From Malacoraja senta (Eukaryota), in the NCBI GenBank assembly GCA_038087875.1, contig CM075987.1, forward strand, positions 22,756,001-22,820,000: a stretch of DNA of 64,000 nt. The letters run 5' to 3'. The position numbers and the translations under genes are program-made. Under the pieces are notes generated by a model. That model searched no databases. It was not told where the DNA came from and worked only from the letters and a program-made list of their open reading frames with translations. Below are positions 11,315-24,625 of the stretch, one piece after another. Position 1 is the first letter of the stretch, and each line of letters starts with the position of its first letter.

Positions 11315-12576
11315 ATGCATGTCACCCTTGTTGTAAACATGCCCCGAACCTGAGTTTATTAAAATCATTCCTACATGAAAACATGCTGCCACGTTGTCCC
11401 CAGTGTAACAGCAATAACGTTGCAAACATGTCCTTCTTTGTACACCAAGTTTTGGGGGAGTCTGGAGTCTGTCTGAAGAAGGGTCTCGACCTGTAACCTC
11501 ACCTATTTCTTTTCTCCAGCGATGTAGTCTGACCCAGCTGGATGTTGTTACTCCAGCTTCGTGCGTGTTTTCTTGCAGTTAGTTTAGTTTTGCTTAGAGA
11601 TACCGCGCGGAAACGGCACCTTGTCCGAGACGACCCCGTACGTTGACACTATCCTACACGTTAGGGACAATATATTTTTTTTTAACCAAAGCCAATTAAG
11701 CTATAATCAGTACGTTTTTGGAGTGTGGGAAGAGACCGGAGCTCCCGGAGAAAACCCAGGAGAACGTACAAAGTCCACACAGACACAGCACCCGTGGTCA
11801 GGATCGAACCCGGGTATCTGGCGCTGGAAAAGGCAGCAACTCTATATCGCTGCCGCCCTAAGGTTATGGGAGAGGCAGAGCACGTCTCCTTGTAGTTCCC
11901 AGACCTGCAACTGGATTGTGATTTCCCCCCCCCCCCCCCCCCATAGTGGAGAGAAAAATCCCTCCAGGGTTTCTCCGGACTGCCCCCTGACTGCCCAATG
12001 TGTGTGTGTGTGTGTATGTGTGTGTGTGTGTTGGCCGGAGAGGTGGGGAATGCACCCGAGGTTCTATAACCGGGCCACTCCACACAGCCAACATTTACAC
12101 AGTCAGTGCAAGTTGTAAAATTAAAACGGCAGCCCCACCCTCCCTGTGTAACCAAACTCTGGCAAGAGTCAGCAAAAAGCAGCTCGGGGGGGAAACAGAG
12201 GGGGAGATTGTTTTGTTTTGAAAGGCTGTGATTGCAGCGTGCTTATTTATCATGCCCGCACTTGTTGCTGGTGGCACCGCCGATGACTGGAGGGGTCGAG
12301 AGATCACAGCGAGTTCTTGCAGGCTCGGATTGTCATCGGGATAATTAGCTCAGGTACTTGAGGCTTACACCTGTGTGTGGGGGCGTGTGTGTGTGTGCGC
12401 TGTTACCCAAGTGTTGCACGATGGTGGTCCCTACTAAGCCCCCCCCCCCCCCCCTAATCCTAAAATTGAGTTCAAATCCTAAAGTGGGGTGTGTGCGGAT
12501 TTTAAGTCAGTCATTTATAACAGAGAACGATAGACACAAAATGCTGGAGTAGCTCAGGCAGCATCTCTGGAGAGAC

Positions 12577-12622
12577 GGAATAGGTCTGAAGAAGGGTCTC
12601 GACCCGAAACGTCACCCATTCC
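12577..12622 (+). ncRNA. Minimal type I hammerhead ribozyme motif (PLE-derived)
   Basis: ggaauaggu CUGAAGA A GGGUC uc GACCC GAAA C GUC^ acccauucc: intact core, 5-bp stem II, stem I with 8 of 9 pairs, palindromic ACGU in place of stem III. Confidence 0.7.
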
Positions 12623-13533
12623 TTCCCTCCAGAGATGCTGCCTGTCCCACTGAGTTACTCCAGCATTTTGAGTCTGGCTCCGGTAAATCAGCATCTGCAG
12701 TTCCTTCCTACATATTTTTTAAAGAGCCTGGGTTGTACAAAACTAACCACGATTGCCATAATCCAAGCAGTTAAGTAACTTTCAGTCCTTTAGGGAAGGG
12801 TTTTTATTAAATACCTGCTCGGTTTTCAAGATGTGGCAATATTTACCAGAATGCTGCCTGGATTAGAGGTATTAATAAGGAGAGGTTGGACAGACGCCCT
12901 GTGGAATGTGAGTGATTGAGGTTGAGGAGACCTAGAAAAACATAGACATAGAAAACATAGAAAATAGGTGCAGGAGGAGGCCATTCGGCCCTTCGAGCCA
13001 GCACCACCATTCATTGCAATCATGGCTGATCGTCCCCAATCAATAACCTGTGCCTGCCTTCTCCCCATATCCCTTGACTCCACTAGCCCCCAGAGCTCTA
13101 TCTAACTCTCTCTTAAATCCACCCAGTGACTTGGCCTCCACTGCCCTCCGTGGCAGGGAATTCCACAAATTCACAACTCTCTGGGTGAAAACGTTTTTTC
13201 TCACCTCAGTCTTAAATGACCTCCCCTTTATTCATATGATAGAGGTATATAAAAACTATGAGGCATAGATAGTGTAGGCAGTCAGATTATTTTTCACAGA
13301 TGGAAATGTCAAAGATCAGAGGGCAGAGCTTTAAGGTGAGAGGGGCAATGTTGGGGGGACAAGTTTTTGTTTTTCCATATTCAGAGTGGTGGGAGCCTGA
13401 ATCATGCTGCCAGGGGTAGTGGAGACAGATATGATAGTGGTGTTTAATAGGATTTTACATGGGCACATGGAAGACTTTAGACTTTAGACTTTAGAGCAAC
13501 TGTGCAGAAATAGGCCATTCGGCCTACCAAGTC

Positions 13534-14002
13534 GGCAACTTGGTTCGGCAACTTGAGCGGCCTGGAGAGGAAAAGACTACAAAAAGTAGTAAACACTGCC
13601 CAGTCCATCATCGGCTCTGACCTCCCTTCCATCGAGGGGATCTATCACAGTCGCTGCCTCAAAAAGGCTGGCAGTATCATCAAGGACCCACACCATCCTG
13701 GCCACACACTCATCTCCCTACTACCTTCAGGTAGAAGGTACAGGAGCCTGAAGACTGCAACGACCAGGTTCAGGAATAGCTACTTCCCCACAGCCATCAG
13801 GCTATTAAACCTGGCTCGGACAAAACACTGAACTTTAGTAGCCAATTAACTGTTATTTGCACTTTATCAGTATATTGATTCATGTGTGTATATATTTATA
13901 GAATGCCTTGTAGTCAATGCCTACTATGTTCTGTTGTGCTGAAGCAAAGCAAGAATTTCATTGTCCTATCAGGGACACATGACAATAAACTCACTTGACT
14001 TG
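13534..14002 (+). mobile_element. Rex1/Babar LINE 3' fragment
   Basis: RKRLQKVVNTAQSIIG...IIKDPHHPGH...LLPSGRRYRSLKTATTRFRNSYFPTAIRLLN*, (cttga)n tail, and aagtc duplication at 13529-13533 and 14003-14007 within a SINE. Confidence 0.9.
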
Positions 14003-14744
14003 AAGTCCGTGCCGACCAGCGATCATCCCGTACACTAGCACTGTCTCACAAACTAGGGAGAATTTCCAATTTTATCGAAGCCAATTAACCTACAAACCTA
14101 TACTTTTTTTTTGGAGTGTGGGAGGAAGCCAGAGCACCCAGAGAAACCCCACACGGTCACAAGGAGAACATACAAATTCGTACAGACAGCACCCGTAGTC
14201 AGATCCAAACCCATCTCTCTGGCACTGTATGGTAGCAACTCTCCTGCTGTGCCACCGTGCCGTCCCCTAAGTGAAGGGAATGGAGGGATACGGACCGGGT
14301 ACAAGCAGAGCGGATTAGTTTAATTTGGCACAAACATTGTGGGCCGAAGGGCCTGATCCTGTGCTGTACAGTTCTATGCCAGCATCTATCATCTATCCTT
14401 AATTGCCCTAACAGAGAAGAACAGGAGTGGTGATTGAGACAGGTATTATTGTGGCATTTAAGAGACTTCAGTTCAGAGAATGGAGGGGTATGGAATAAGT
14501 GCAGACAGAGAAGAGTTGGGCTTGGCACAGACATTGCGGGCTGAAGGGCCAGTTTCTTGCACTGTACTGTTCTGAGACCCCCTATGGCAATGAAGGGGAG
14601 ACAATAGATGCTGGCCTCTCCAGCAGCAACTACACCTTAAAGAAATATCTCTTAGCAATAAGTGCCAGAAGGGGAGTGCAAATGCACTTTACGGCACGAC
14701 TGCCCGTTCAAGGTCCTGGGTCACAGTACGAACCTGCTCTAGGA

Positions 14745-15050
14745 AAGGCACGGTGGTGTAGTGGTAGAGCTGCTGCCTCACAGCGCCAGAGACCCGGGTT
14801 CGACCCTGACTACGGGTGCTGGCTGTACAGAGTTTGTACCTTCTCCCCGTGTCACCTGCCTGGGTTTTCTCCGTGACCTTCAGTTTCCTTCCACACTCCA
14901 AAGACGTACAGGTTTGGCTTGGTATAAAATTTGTAAAACTGTCCCTAGTGTGTGTAGGGTGGTGTTAATGTGCAGGGATCGCTGGTCGGTGTGGACTCGG
15001 TGGGCCGTCGAAGCGCTTGTTTCAGCGCCGTATCTCTAAACTAATCTAAA
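14745..15050 (+). mobile_element. V-SINE (HE1-like)
   Basis: Same head, V-domain and tail. Confidence 0.8.
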
Positions 15051-15876
15051 GGAGGACAAATGGTGGAGGATGGAACCTGGGAAGAATAGATTACAGGGAA
15101 AATGAGTGGAGAGAGGGTCTGCTCTCTAACCGGCACAGACTCAATGGGCCACATGGCTCCCGTCTATGTCAGAAGGGAATATGAAAATATAGAATCAGGG
15201 GGAGGGTGTGTTTAACGTCTGTTTTAACTCATGTTTCGATCTTCTAATTCTGACGTTAAACATCTCCTCTGTTGACATTTGATTAACTTCAAAGACAATT
15301 AAAACAATTCCTGCTTAGTTCTCTAATGAAAGCAAAAGCTTTTTGGTGACTCTTTGAACAAGGGTGTATTCTGTTGATAATCTTGCCAGACCACAATCAG
15401 ACTGCCATTGGAGGCAAATATGTAGCAGCGATGGGATCACCTACAGCTAAAGTTCAACTTAAAGTTCTATAAATCAACACCATCTTTGATCAATGTGTTT
15501 ACATACTACAAAGCAAACATCACAAAGAACCGCAGTGTATTTTTGAAGTGTAATCACTGAAGCAATTTAGGGAAACTCAATACCAATTTGCAGTATCGGT
15601 ATGATCCAGATCTTTCAGGGGTACTCTTGGTCTGGAAAGAATTTTAGCTCCAGAACACGGTAGAGATTCAAGGCACGAGTCACGATCTGTCCTGAACCCA
15701 GCACAATAATGTAATCATAAAGTAAGCACATCAACGCCTCTACCTCCTTAGAAGATTGAGGAGATTCGGTATGTTTACTCTCAACTGGTTGAGAGGAATA
15801 TAGAAACATAGAAAATAGTGCTGGAGTAGGTAGGCCATTCAGCCTTTTGAGCCAGCACCGCCATTTAATATGGTCA

Positions 15877-16132
15877 CTGCTCGCTGGACACCACCACCAC
15901 CACCCAGAAATGGCCAGCAAACGAGGTTGTGCTGTGGGAAACTACCCATGGAAGACCTGACCCGGGACGGCCAACCAAGACGATGCTGAAGATGTTGATG
16001 GAAGACGCACGTGCAGAGACAAAAGAGGAGCTTGCCAGCTGCATGGAGGACGGAGATGTGAGGTGCATCCGTCACCGTGCCCGTCGGAAACCAGCACCAC
16101 TGCGTCGCTAATGTTTTTAACCGAGGATGATC
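15877..16132 (+). mobile_element. RTE-clade LINE 3' fragment
   Basis: Frameshifted LAGHHHHHPE..VVLWETTHGRPDPGRPTKT...EELASCMED with a gatgat tail, inserted in a CR1-type tail. Confidence 0.7.
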
Positions 16133-16220
16133 ATACAATATAAGTAGCCCGTTCCTGCTTTCTCCCCATTCCCCTTGATCCCGTTAGCCCTAAGAGCTAA
16201 CTCTCTCTTGAATAATCTAA

Positions 16221-16518
16221 AAGCCTTGTCCCACAGTACGAGTTCATTCCAAGAGCTCTCCCAGATTTAAAAAAATCAAACCCCTGGGAAGCACGGAGAA
16301 TTAACATAGCGGGTACGTCGGAGCTCGGGGACGTCTCTTAGCGGCTCGTAACGCTAACGGCAGGTACTCGGGAAGACTCGCTAACGGCAGGTAAGCTCGG
16401 GAAAATGTCCACGAGAGCCCCGAGTACCGACGAGTGGCCATTACCTTAAATCTCCGAGTTCGAATCAGGGCAACTCAGCAGAGCTCTTGGAATGAACTCG
16501 TACCGTGGGACAGGGCTT
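16221..16518. mobile_element. PIF/Harbinger-like MITE
   Basis: TIRs aagccttgtcccacagtacgagttcattccaagagctc / gagctcttggaatgaactcgtaccgtgggacagggctt, TAA TSD. Confidence 0.88.
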
Positions 16519-17435
16519 TAACTCACTCTTAAATACATTACGGCCTGGTTCGCCCAGGAACAAAGGAGATTTACAAAAAGTAGTGGACTTCGGAAGAAGG
16601 ATCTTGACCCAAAACGCACCCATTCCTTCTCTCCAGGGATGCTGCCTGTCCTGCTGAGTTACTCCACAATGTGGGAAGGATGTAGAGGTTTTGTAGTGGG
16701 TGAGAAACAGGTTCACTCGGACGTTACTTGGATTAGGGTGTATTATCTAGAAGGACAATTTGGGCGCTTGGATTGTTTACTCTGCAGTTTTGGAGTCTGA
16801 GGGGAGATATGATTGAAGTATATAAAATGATGAGAGGAACAGATTGGATAGAATCTTTTTCCAGGGTGTGAGTTTGAAGTGAGAGTGGAGAACTTTAAGG
16901 AGATTTGTGAGGCAAACTTTAATTTTTACACAGAGATAGTTGCCTGGAACATGCCGCCAGGGGAATGGTAGAAATGGATATGATAACAACATTTAAGAGG
17001 CATTTTGGGGGCACATACTGTTAACACGCAGGAATAGAGGCATATAGACCACATGCAGGCAGGTGGAAATCATTGGATCGGCACCATGGTCTGCACACAC
17101 ACGGTGGGCCGAATGGCCTGTTCTTGTGCTGTGCCGTGGTGTGTTCTATGATGTTTCCTCACTTTGACCTCGGCACAGTGGCACAGCGGTAGAGTTGCTG
17201 CCTCACAGCGCCAGAGACCTGGGTTCCATTCTGACCACGGGTGCTGTCTGTGTGGAGTCTGCACGTTCTCCCCGTGACCGCGTGGGTTTTCTCCGGGTGC
17301 TCCTGTTTCCTCCCACATTTCAAAGACTTGTGGTTTTGTAGGATAATTGGCTTCTGTGAATTGTCCCTAGTGTGTAGGGTAGTGTTACTGTATGGGGACG
17401 ATCGCTGGTCGGCACGGACTCGGTGGGCTGAAGGG

Positions 17436-17880
17436 CTGGATAGACTGGATAGACTCGGCTTGCACTCGCTAGAATTTAGAAGATTGAGGGGGGGATCTTA
17501 TAGAAACTTACAAAATTCTTAAGGGGTTGGACAGGCTAGATGCAGGAAGATTGTTCCCGATGTTGGGGAAGTCCAGAACACGGGGTCACAGTTTAAGGAT
17601 AAGGGGGAAGTCTTTTAGGACCGAGATGAGGAAAACATTTTTCACACAGAGAGTGGTGAATCTGTGGAGTTCTCTGCCACAGAGGGTAGTTGAGGCCAGT
17701 TCATTGGCTATATTTAAGAGGGAGTTAGATGTGGCCCTTGTGGCTAAAGGGATCAGGGGGTATGGAGAGAAAGCAGGTACGGGATACTGAGTTGGATGAT
17801 CAGCCATGATCATATTGAATGGCGGTGCAGGATCGAAGGGCCGAATGGCCTACTCCTGCACCTATTTTCTATGTTTCTAT
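17436..17880 (+). mobile_element. CR1 (HER1-like) LINE 3' fragment inside a SINE tail
   Basis: LGLHSLEFRRLRG...SRTRGHSLRIRG...FFTQRVVNLW with a (tttctatg)n tail. Confidence 0.9.
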
Positions 17881-18529
17881 GTTTCCACGCTGTATCTCTA
17901 AACTAAACTAAACCTCACTTTTGATCCTCTCTCCTGATGTGAGACAGTCTCTAATTATAGTGTGAATGTACTCTGGTGCAGCCCCACTTTACCTTCTAGA
18001 AGGTGCTATATCAAAGCATGCTGACCCACTCTTGTCCTTTCACTCCTGTGTCAGTCAGCTATTTGGAGATAGCAACTGAGGAAGGTAGTTAACATCCACT
18101 GGAACACAACGTGATTCAACACTCCTCTTCACTGTTAAATACAGGGCTGGAAACTTGACTTAGGCTGGACTCCCAGCACACTGTGTTTTTAATCAGCAAA
18201 CAATACCTATTTGAACAGGGCCCAATGCAAGCAATCTACAGGGTCCATTTAAACAGAGCCTCTGTGAAGTGCATTTTGACTGGCATTGACTGACTCCAGG
18301 CCCAGCCCAGGGTCACATGAGTTGCAGGAGTATAAGGATACATGCAATATATACACAAATTAATCTATAGACAATGCGAATGTCGGAAGAGTTTTTTGCA
18401 CAGCTCTTTCATTTGTATCTATCATTTATTCTGAATAATAAAGTTTATTTTTGGGAAACAAAATGCCACCGTTTTAAAGTATCCATCCTTGTTTTCAATT
18501 CCTCCACAGCCTTTTTTTTTATTATTATT

Positions 18530-18925
18530 ATTTTTTTTTAAAATTTCTTATGATATAAATTTTTATTAGAAGCAAACATATTACAATGTAGAGTAACATA
18601 TTATAATAGAAGAAAAAACTTTTCATATACATCAATCACTCATACATTATTAAATTTGTCAATTGTCAGTTAATTCTGCTTCTAGTGTTTTTTTTTATAT
18701 AGAAGATAGAAAAAGAAAAATAGAGAGAAAGAAGAAAGAAGAGAGAGAAAGAAGAATTACAATATCAAAAAAGAAAAAGAGGTGGAATGAATAACTTATA
18801 ATACGTCATAGGAGATAAGTTCGTAGGTTATGAAATATAATTACATCTAATCCTGAGTTCAAGCTACAGTCGGGCTTTCGCGCTGGGCCACTCTATCCCT
18901 TCAAATAGGCAATGAATGGAGCCCA
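18530..18925 (-). mobile_element. L1-clade 3' end
   Basis: The minus strand ends WAPFIAYLKG*, followed by a T-rich UTR, aataaa and an A tail. Confidence 0.6.
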
Positions 18926-20370
18926 AAGGCTGACGAAAGGTCATCAACCCGAAACAATGATCATTTTTGTCCCCACGTGCTGCCTGACCTGCTGAGTGCT
19001 TCTACCATCCTCTGCTATTTTTCACTTAAATACGTTTTATCCCATTTACTCAAGATACTATAGCAGAGATGCATATAACCCAGTTTTAAAAAAAAGTCTT
19101 GCCATCAACAGCAACAAAACTCATATCTAACCCTGCATCAAACTCTTGATAAAAGCCGGGTAATATCACCAGCTGCACATGAAGCGGGCTGTAATTATAT
19201 TATACACATCATTAGTTCCAGTGGCCTGCAGAATGCTGTCTCGTGCCAGGTTCGGTGATGTTAGACATGCAATCCCTTTTATAAATACAGTGAAAGATGC
19301 CAAGTGCTAGTATTTCATTCGAGCACAAAGTGCTGGAGTAACTCAATGGGTCATGCAGCATCTCTGGAGGACATGGATAGGCGACGCTTCGGGTCGGGAC
19401 TCTCCTTCAGAGTTCCTTGCATCTCTATTTTACTGCTTCACTGCGAGTCTGAAGAAGGGTCATGACATGAGACGTTGTCCATCCATGTATTCCGCAGATG
19501 CTGCCTGACCTGCTGAGTTACTCCGTCACTTTGTGTTCTAAGCAAGATTCCAGCATCTGCAGTTCCTTGTGTCACCATGATATTTCACTTCCTAATTAAG
19601 AGGCGCGCTCTCAAGTAGTTATTTCTTTCCTCGACAAACCTCAGCCATTCTTAAAGCGCCAGCACAATTTGTAGCTACTCACATAGAGTCAAAGAATCAT
19701 TGGGTCATACAGTGTGGAAACCAGGCCTTTGGCCCAACTTGCCCACAATTGCCCACATGTCCCATCTACACTAGTCCCACTTGCCTGCATTTGGCCCACA
19801 TCCCTCTAATCCTGTCCTATCCATATACCTGCCTAATTGCTTCTTAAACGTTGCAATAGTCCCTGCGTGGGACTATTCCTCTACGTGGAGTGCTTTTTCT
19901 GCTGGGGGTAAGTCTTCTATTCTGTTGGGCAATGACATTAACCGGAGAGACTCACCATTCGGACGACAGGCCGTGGTGATCAAGACCAACTTGGCTGGAG
20001 TCTGCTGTCTTGGTGTCACCTGTAGGACCCCTCTTGATCCTTGGTTTGATGGAAGAGATGCTCACCTGGGGCTTCCATTCCTTACCATTCTCCGGTGGCA
20101 GCCTGCGGTGAAACAGAGTGTCGTGCACGTTAGGGGAGGACAGGAATGGGCTTGCTACATCACTGTAAGTCGACACAGTCTAGACCTTTCACTCCGTCAG
20201 TGGTTTGGCGATACCACCCCAGGCAAGCAACTAAGGGGCTGATGTTCAACACATATGATTCAATGTTCTTTATTAAATGTCAAATACTAACGACAACCCA
20301 GAAGTGATGTGGGAAACTGGAGCAGCTGGAGGAAAAGCTCATAGTTGCAGGTGTAACATGTGGACAGACT

Positions 20371-20410
<40 letters not shown>

Positions 20411-21031
20411 CGCCCGAGGCCAGGCTCGGGACTCCAGGGCTGTGAAGCAGCAGCTCATAAGTTCATAAGTGATAGGAGCAGAATTAGGCCATTCGGCCCA
20501 TCAAGTCTACTCTGCCATTCAATTTAAGCGGATCTATCTTTCCTTCTTAACCCCATTCTCCTGCTTTCTCCCCATAACCCTGGACACCTGCAACAGGGTT
20601 GATTGGTCTCTGTAATTGCCCCGAGTGTGTAGGGAGTGAATGCGTAAGTGGGATAACATAGAACTAGTGTGAATGGGCGTTGATGGTCAGCACGTGCTCG
20701 GTGAACCTGTTTCCATGCTGTATCTTTCAATAGGACTGCAGCAGTTCAACAAAGTTGCCCCCCACCACTATCCCAAGGACAATTAGGCCAGGGGTTGCCA
20801 ATGACACCAAGATTACAAAAATGAGTAATTAATAACGATGAACGGATTACTGATGGCTTCTGTGGGCTGGGGAGCAGATCAAGGGATAATGTCGGAGCCC
20901 ATGCGATGGATATTGGCCCAGTGGCACTGACGGAGCCCGTCAATGGAGGAATGAGCCTGGCATGGTGAAGACAGGCACAGGCTGGGGAGACCTGCAATAA
21001 TGGAGAGATGTAGGGATTAGGGCAATGTAAT

Positions 21032-21525
21032 GGTGGGGTCTAGAGGTGGGGTCTAGAGGTGGGGTCTAGAGGTGGGGTCTAGAAGGGTCTAGAGGTGGGG
21101 TCTAGAGGTGGGGTCTCAAGGTGGGGTCTAGAGGTGGGGTCTAGAGGTGGGGTCTAGAGGTGGGGTCTAGAGGTGGGGTCTAGAGGTGGGGTCTAGAGGT
21201 GGGGTCTAGAAGGGTCTAGAGGTGGGGACTAGAGGTGGGGTCTAGAGGTGGGGTCTAGAGGTGGGGTCTAGAGGTGGGGTCTAGAGGTGGGGTTTAGAGG
21301 TGGGGTCTAGAGGTGGGGTCTAGAGGGGTCTAGAGGTGGGGTCTAGAGGTGGGGTCTAGAGGTGGGGTCTAGAGGTGGGGTCTAGAGGGGTCTAGAGGTG
21401 GGGTCTAGAGGTGGGGTCTAGAGTTGGGGTCTAGAGGGGTCTAGAGGTGGGGTCTAGAGGTGGGGTCTAGAGGTGGGGTCTCAAGGTGGGGTCTAGAGGG
21501 GTCTAGAGGTGGGGACTAGTGGGGA
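21032..21525 (+). repeat. 13-bp minisatellite (gaggtggggtcta)n
   Basis: About 38 units with occasional 10-bp variants. Confidence 0.97.
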
Positions 21526-23154
21526 CCGCGGATCAGGCAGATCTCTTGGTGCAGGTGGAGTTGCACAACTGCTTAGCATTTTCTGATTCTCCAGAATACA
21601 TTTCTTTTATACATCAATAATAACAATGAGAATCATGGTATCCTTAAGCTAAGATAACACCACAGGACAGTTAGCAAAGAGAAAGTTATAGTGAAGTGCC
21701 GAAGGGGCAACTGGGCAGAGAACCAGGAGATTGGTCAATGAGGTAGTTTTAAGGAGAGAAGAGAAAGGTGGAGAGCAGGGAGGCAGCGGGGATTAAGGAG
21801 GGAATTTTGCCAGCGAATGTCACTGAAGCCACTGTGCTACTAGGAGAGTAACTAATACCAAAAGCATTAAATAGGCACGAAAAGAAGGAATGCAGAGATC
21901 CCAGAGGGTTATCTGGCTGTGGGTGGCTACGGAGATAAGGAGGGTTGCAGGGAACAGAAATTGGGGGGTGTGGTACCCTGGAGGGATTTCAGATTAAAGA
22001 TGAGATATTTAAATCTGATCCATGGAAGTAAGTGTAAGTCAGGTAGCACAGGGCTAGCGAGCAAATTGGGCTTGGTATGAATCTGGAATTAAAGAATATT
22101 AATAGTACCAATACAAAATGGATGACTGCAGACTGGAGATGTCCTGCAATAGGAAAGGGTTGCTCACTCTGTGGGTGACTTCAGAGGATTAAAGTGAGCA
22201 ATATCATGTGAGACTATGTATGTGTAGCCATGGTGTGTCAGTCTATGCTTCAGCTCTACGCTGTGGGTGCTTGGGCCCTGTGGAGCAGGGTTTGCACTGA
22301 GCCCCAAAAACTGGGGCAGCACGAACTGACCTCGGGCAGGCCAAGGTGGGCAAGGGAATAAAATCAGGGAGAGGCGCCAGTGAGAAGGCACAGTTGCGCC
22401 CTGTAACCCAGCAAGTTCTTTTGCTGTTCGACAAATAGCTGCCAATGCTTAGGAAGGAACTGCAGATGCTGGTTAAAACTGAAGATAGACACAAAATGCT
22501 GGTGTAATTCCGCGGGACAGGAGAGAAAGAATGGGTGACGTTTCGGGTCAAGACGCAGAAGGTTCTGAAGAAGGGTCTGGACCTGAAGCGTCACCCATTC
22601 CTTCTCTCCAGAGATGTTGCCTGTCCCGCTGAGTTACTCCAGCAGTTTGTGTTAAGAAACATAAGGTGGTGGAGTTACTCAGTGGGTCAGGCAGCATCAT
22701 TGGAGGACATGGATAGGCGATGTTTCAGGTTGGGTGATTGTAGACTGATTGTATTAGGGGGGAGAAGGCTGCAAATAGGTGGGGACAGGACAAAGCCTGG
22801 CCCGTAACGTTACCTATCCATGTCCTCCAGAGATGCTGCCAGCTTTCAATGGTTCGAGGTACAGTGAAATGCCTTTTTTTGCATACAGTTCAGTAAAGTA
22901 TTACTGTGCATAAACACAATGTTAGATAAGTACAAGTGTCTCGGAATAGTACATTGAGACAGCATACAAGAGTCGCCATGTTTTGGCGCCATCTTTGAAG
23001 ATTCAAGTGTGAAAGTTGGTACAAATGTAACAGCAGAGGCATCTCCCACACCACTTAATCCAAGCGTGCTGATCCCATCCTTTCTATTCCTTCCTCCTTC
23101 ATATACTTCCCTAAATCCTACATTTAAAGTTACCGGTGGAGGCAATTGAATCCT

Positions 23155-23450
23155 TTAAGTCTGTTCTGCAGGGACAGTTTCTTCCCAGCTGTTATCAGGC
23201 AGCGGAACCATCCTACCACAACCTGAGAGCAGTGCTGACCTACTATCTCCCACGTTGGTGACCCTCGGACTATCCTTGATCGGACTTTGCTGGCTTTACC
23301 TTGCACTAAACGTTATTCCCTTATCATGCATCTATACCCTGTAAATGACACGATAGTAATCATATGTTGTCTTTCCGCTGACTGGATAGCACGCAGCAAA
23401 AGCTTTTCACTGCACCTCGGTACATGTGACGATAAATTAAACTGTAACTA
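23155..23450 (+). mobile_element. Rex1-like 3' end
   Basis: DSFFPAVIRQ.N motif followed by a typical 3' UTR ending aaagcttttcactgcacctcggtacatgtgacgataaa. Confidence 0.65.
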
Positions 23451-23964
23451 ACATATTGGCCACATACTGGTCGTGGATTTCATTTCTTTTTGCGCTGGAA
23501 GTTGAGACGGGGCTTTTTTTTGGTCACGAGTTCATAACCTCTCCATAGATTAGAGCATAGAATCCAGGATGCCTTGCACAACGCACTAGCATTCTCAGTA
23601 TGTGGACCTAATGGGTGGTATCTGAAGGAGAGCACAACAGTTCGCCTCAGCATCCAGGCCAACGTTTATACTTCAGCCAGCATGACTAATATAGAAAGAG
23701 GATGTGGTCAAGGTCACATTATTATTCGGGGGAGGCTGGCGTGTGCAAACTGTCTCATGTCGGACATGAGTAAAGTGACTAGACTTCAAAGAGCACTTCA
23801 TTGGTTGCACCGTACCCACTGTGACAACATTCAAGTCTTGAGATGGATAGCAAGGAGGTTAAAGGTTACCGTGGTATTCAGGAATGCACAATTAAGGTGA
23901 CAATCAGATCAACCACAATGGTGGAGCAGGCTTGAGAGAGCGACTGGCCTTACTTTCACTCCTA

Positions 23965-24625
23965 ATGGGGCGGCATGGTGGCACAGCTGGTAGAGCTGCT
24001 GCCTCACGGCATCAGAGACCATGGGTTCGATCCTAACCCCAGCTGCTGTCTGTGTGGAGTTTTCTACCTGAGACCATGTGGATTTCCTTGCTTCCCACAT
24101 CCCAAACACGTGCAGGTTTGTGGGTTAATTGGCCTCTGTAAATTGCCCCGAATGTGTAGGGAGTGGATGAGAAGTGAATCACATGGCACTGGTGTGAATG
24201 GGGCACCGATGGTGGGTGTGGATCGAAGGGCCTATTTCCACGCTGCATCTCTAAACTAAACGTGCATTCAGAATTTTGTGACTTCATCAGAAGCTGTTGA
24301 TTGGATTGAGGGGGGTTTTATTGTTTAGTTTAGTTCAGAGATACGGAGTGGAAACAGGTCCTTGGGCCCACCGAATGCACGACAACCAGCAATACCTGCA
24401 CACCGACACGATCGTAGACACACTAGGCAATTTACAATTATTCCGAAGTCAGTTAACCTACAACCCAATGCGCCTTTGGAGTGTGGGAGGAAAGTGGAGC
24501 ACCCGGAGAAAAGCTCCGCAGGTCACGTGGAGAATGTACAAACTCAGTACAGACAGCACCCGTGATCAGGATCAAACCCGGGTCTCTGGCGCTGTGAGGC
24601 AGCAACTCTACCGCTGCGCCCGGGT
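23965..24625. mobile_element. Tail-to-tail pair of V-SINEs
   Basis: Plus copy ~23965-24260 and minus copy ~24320-24625. Confidence 0.8.
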
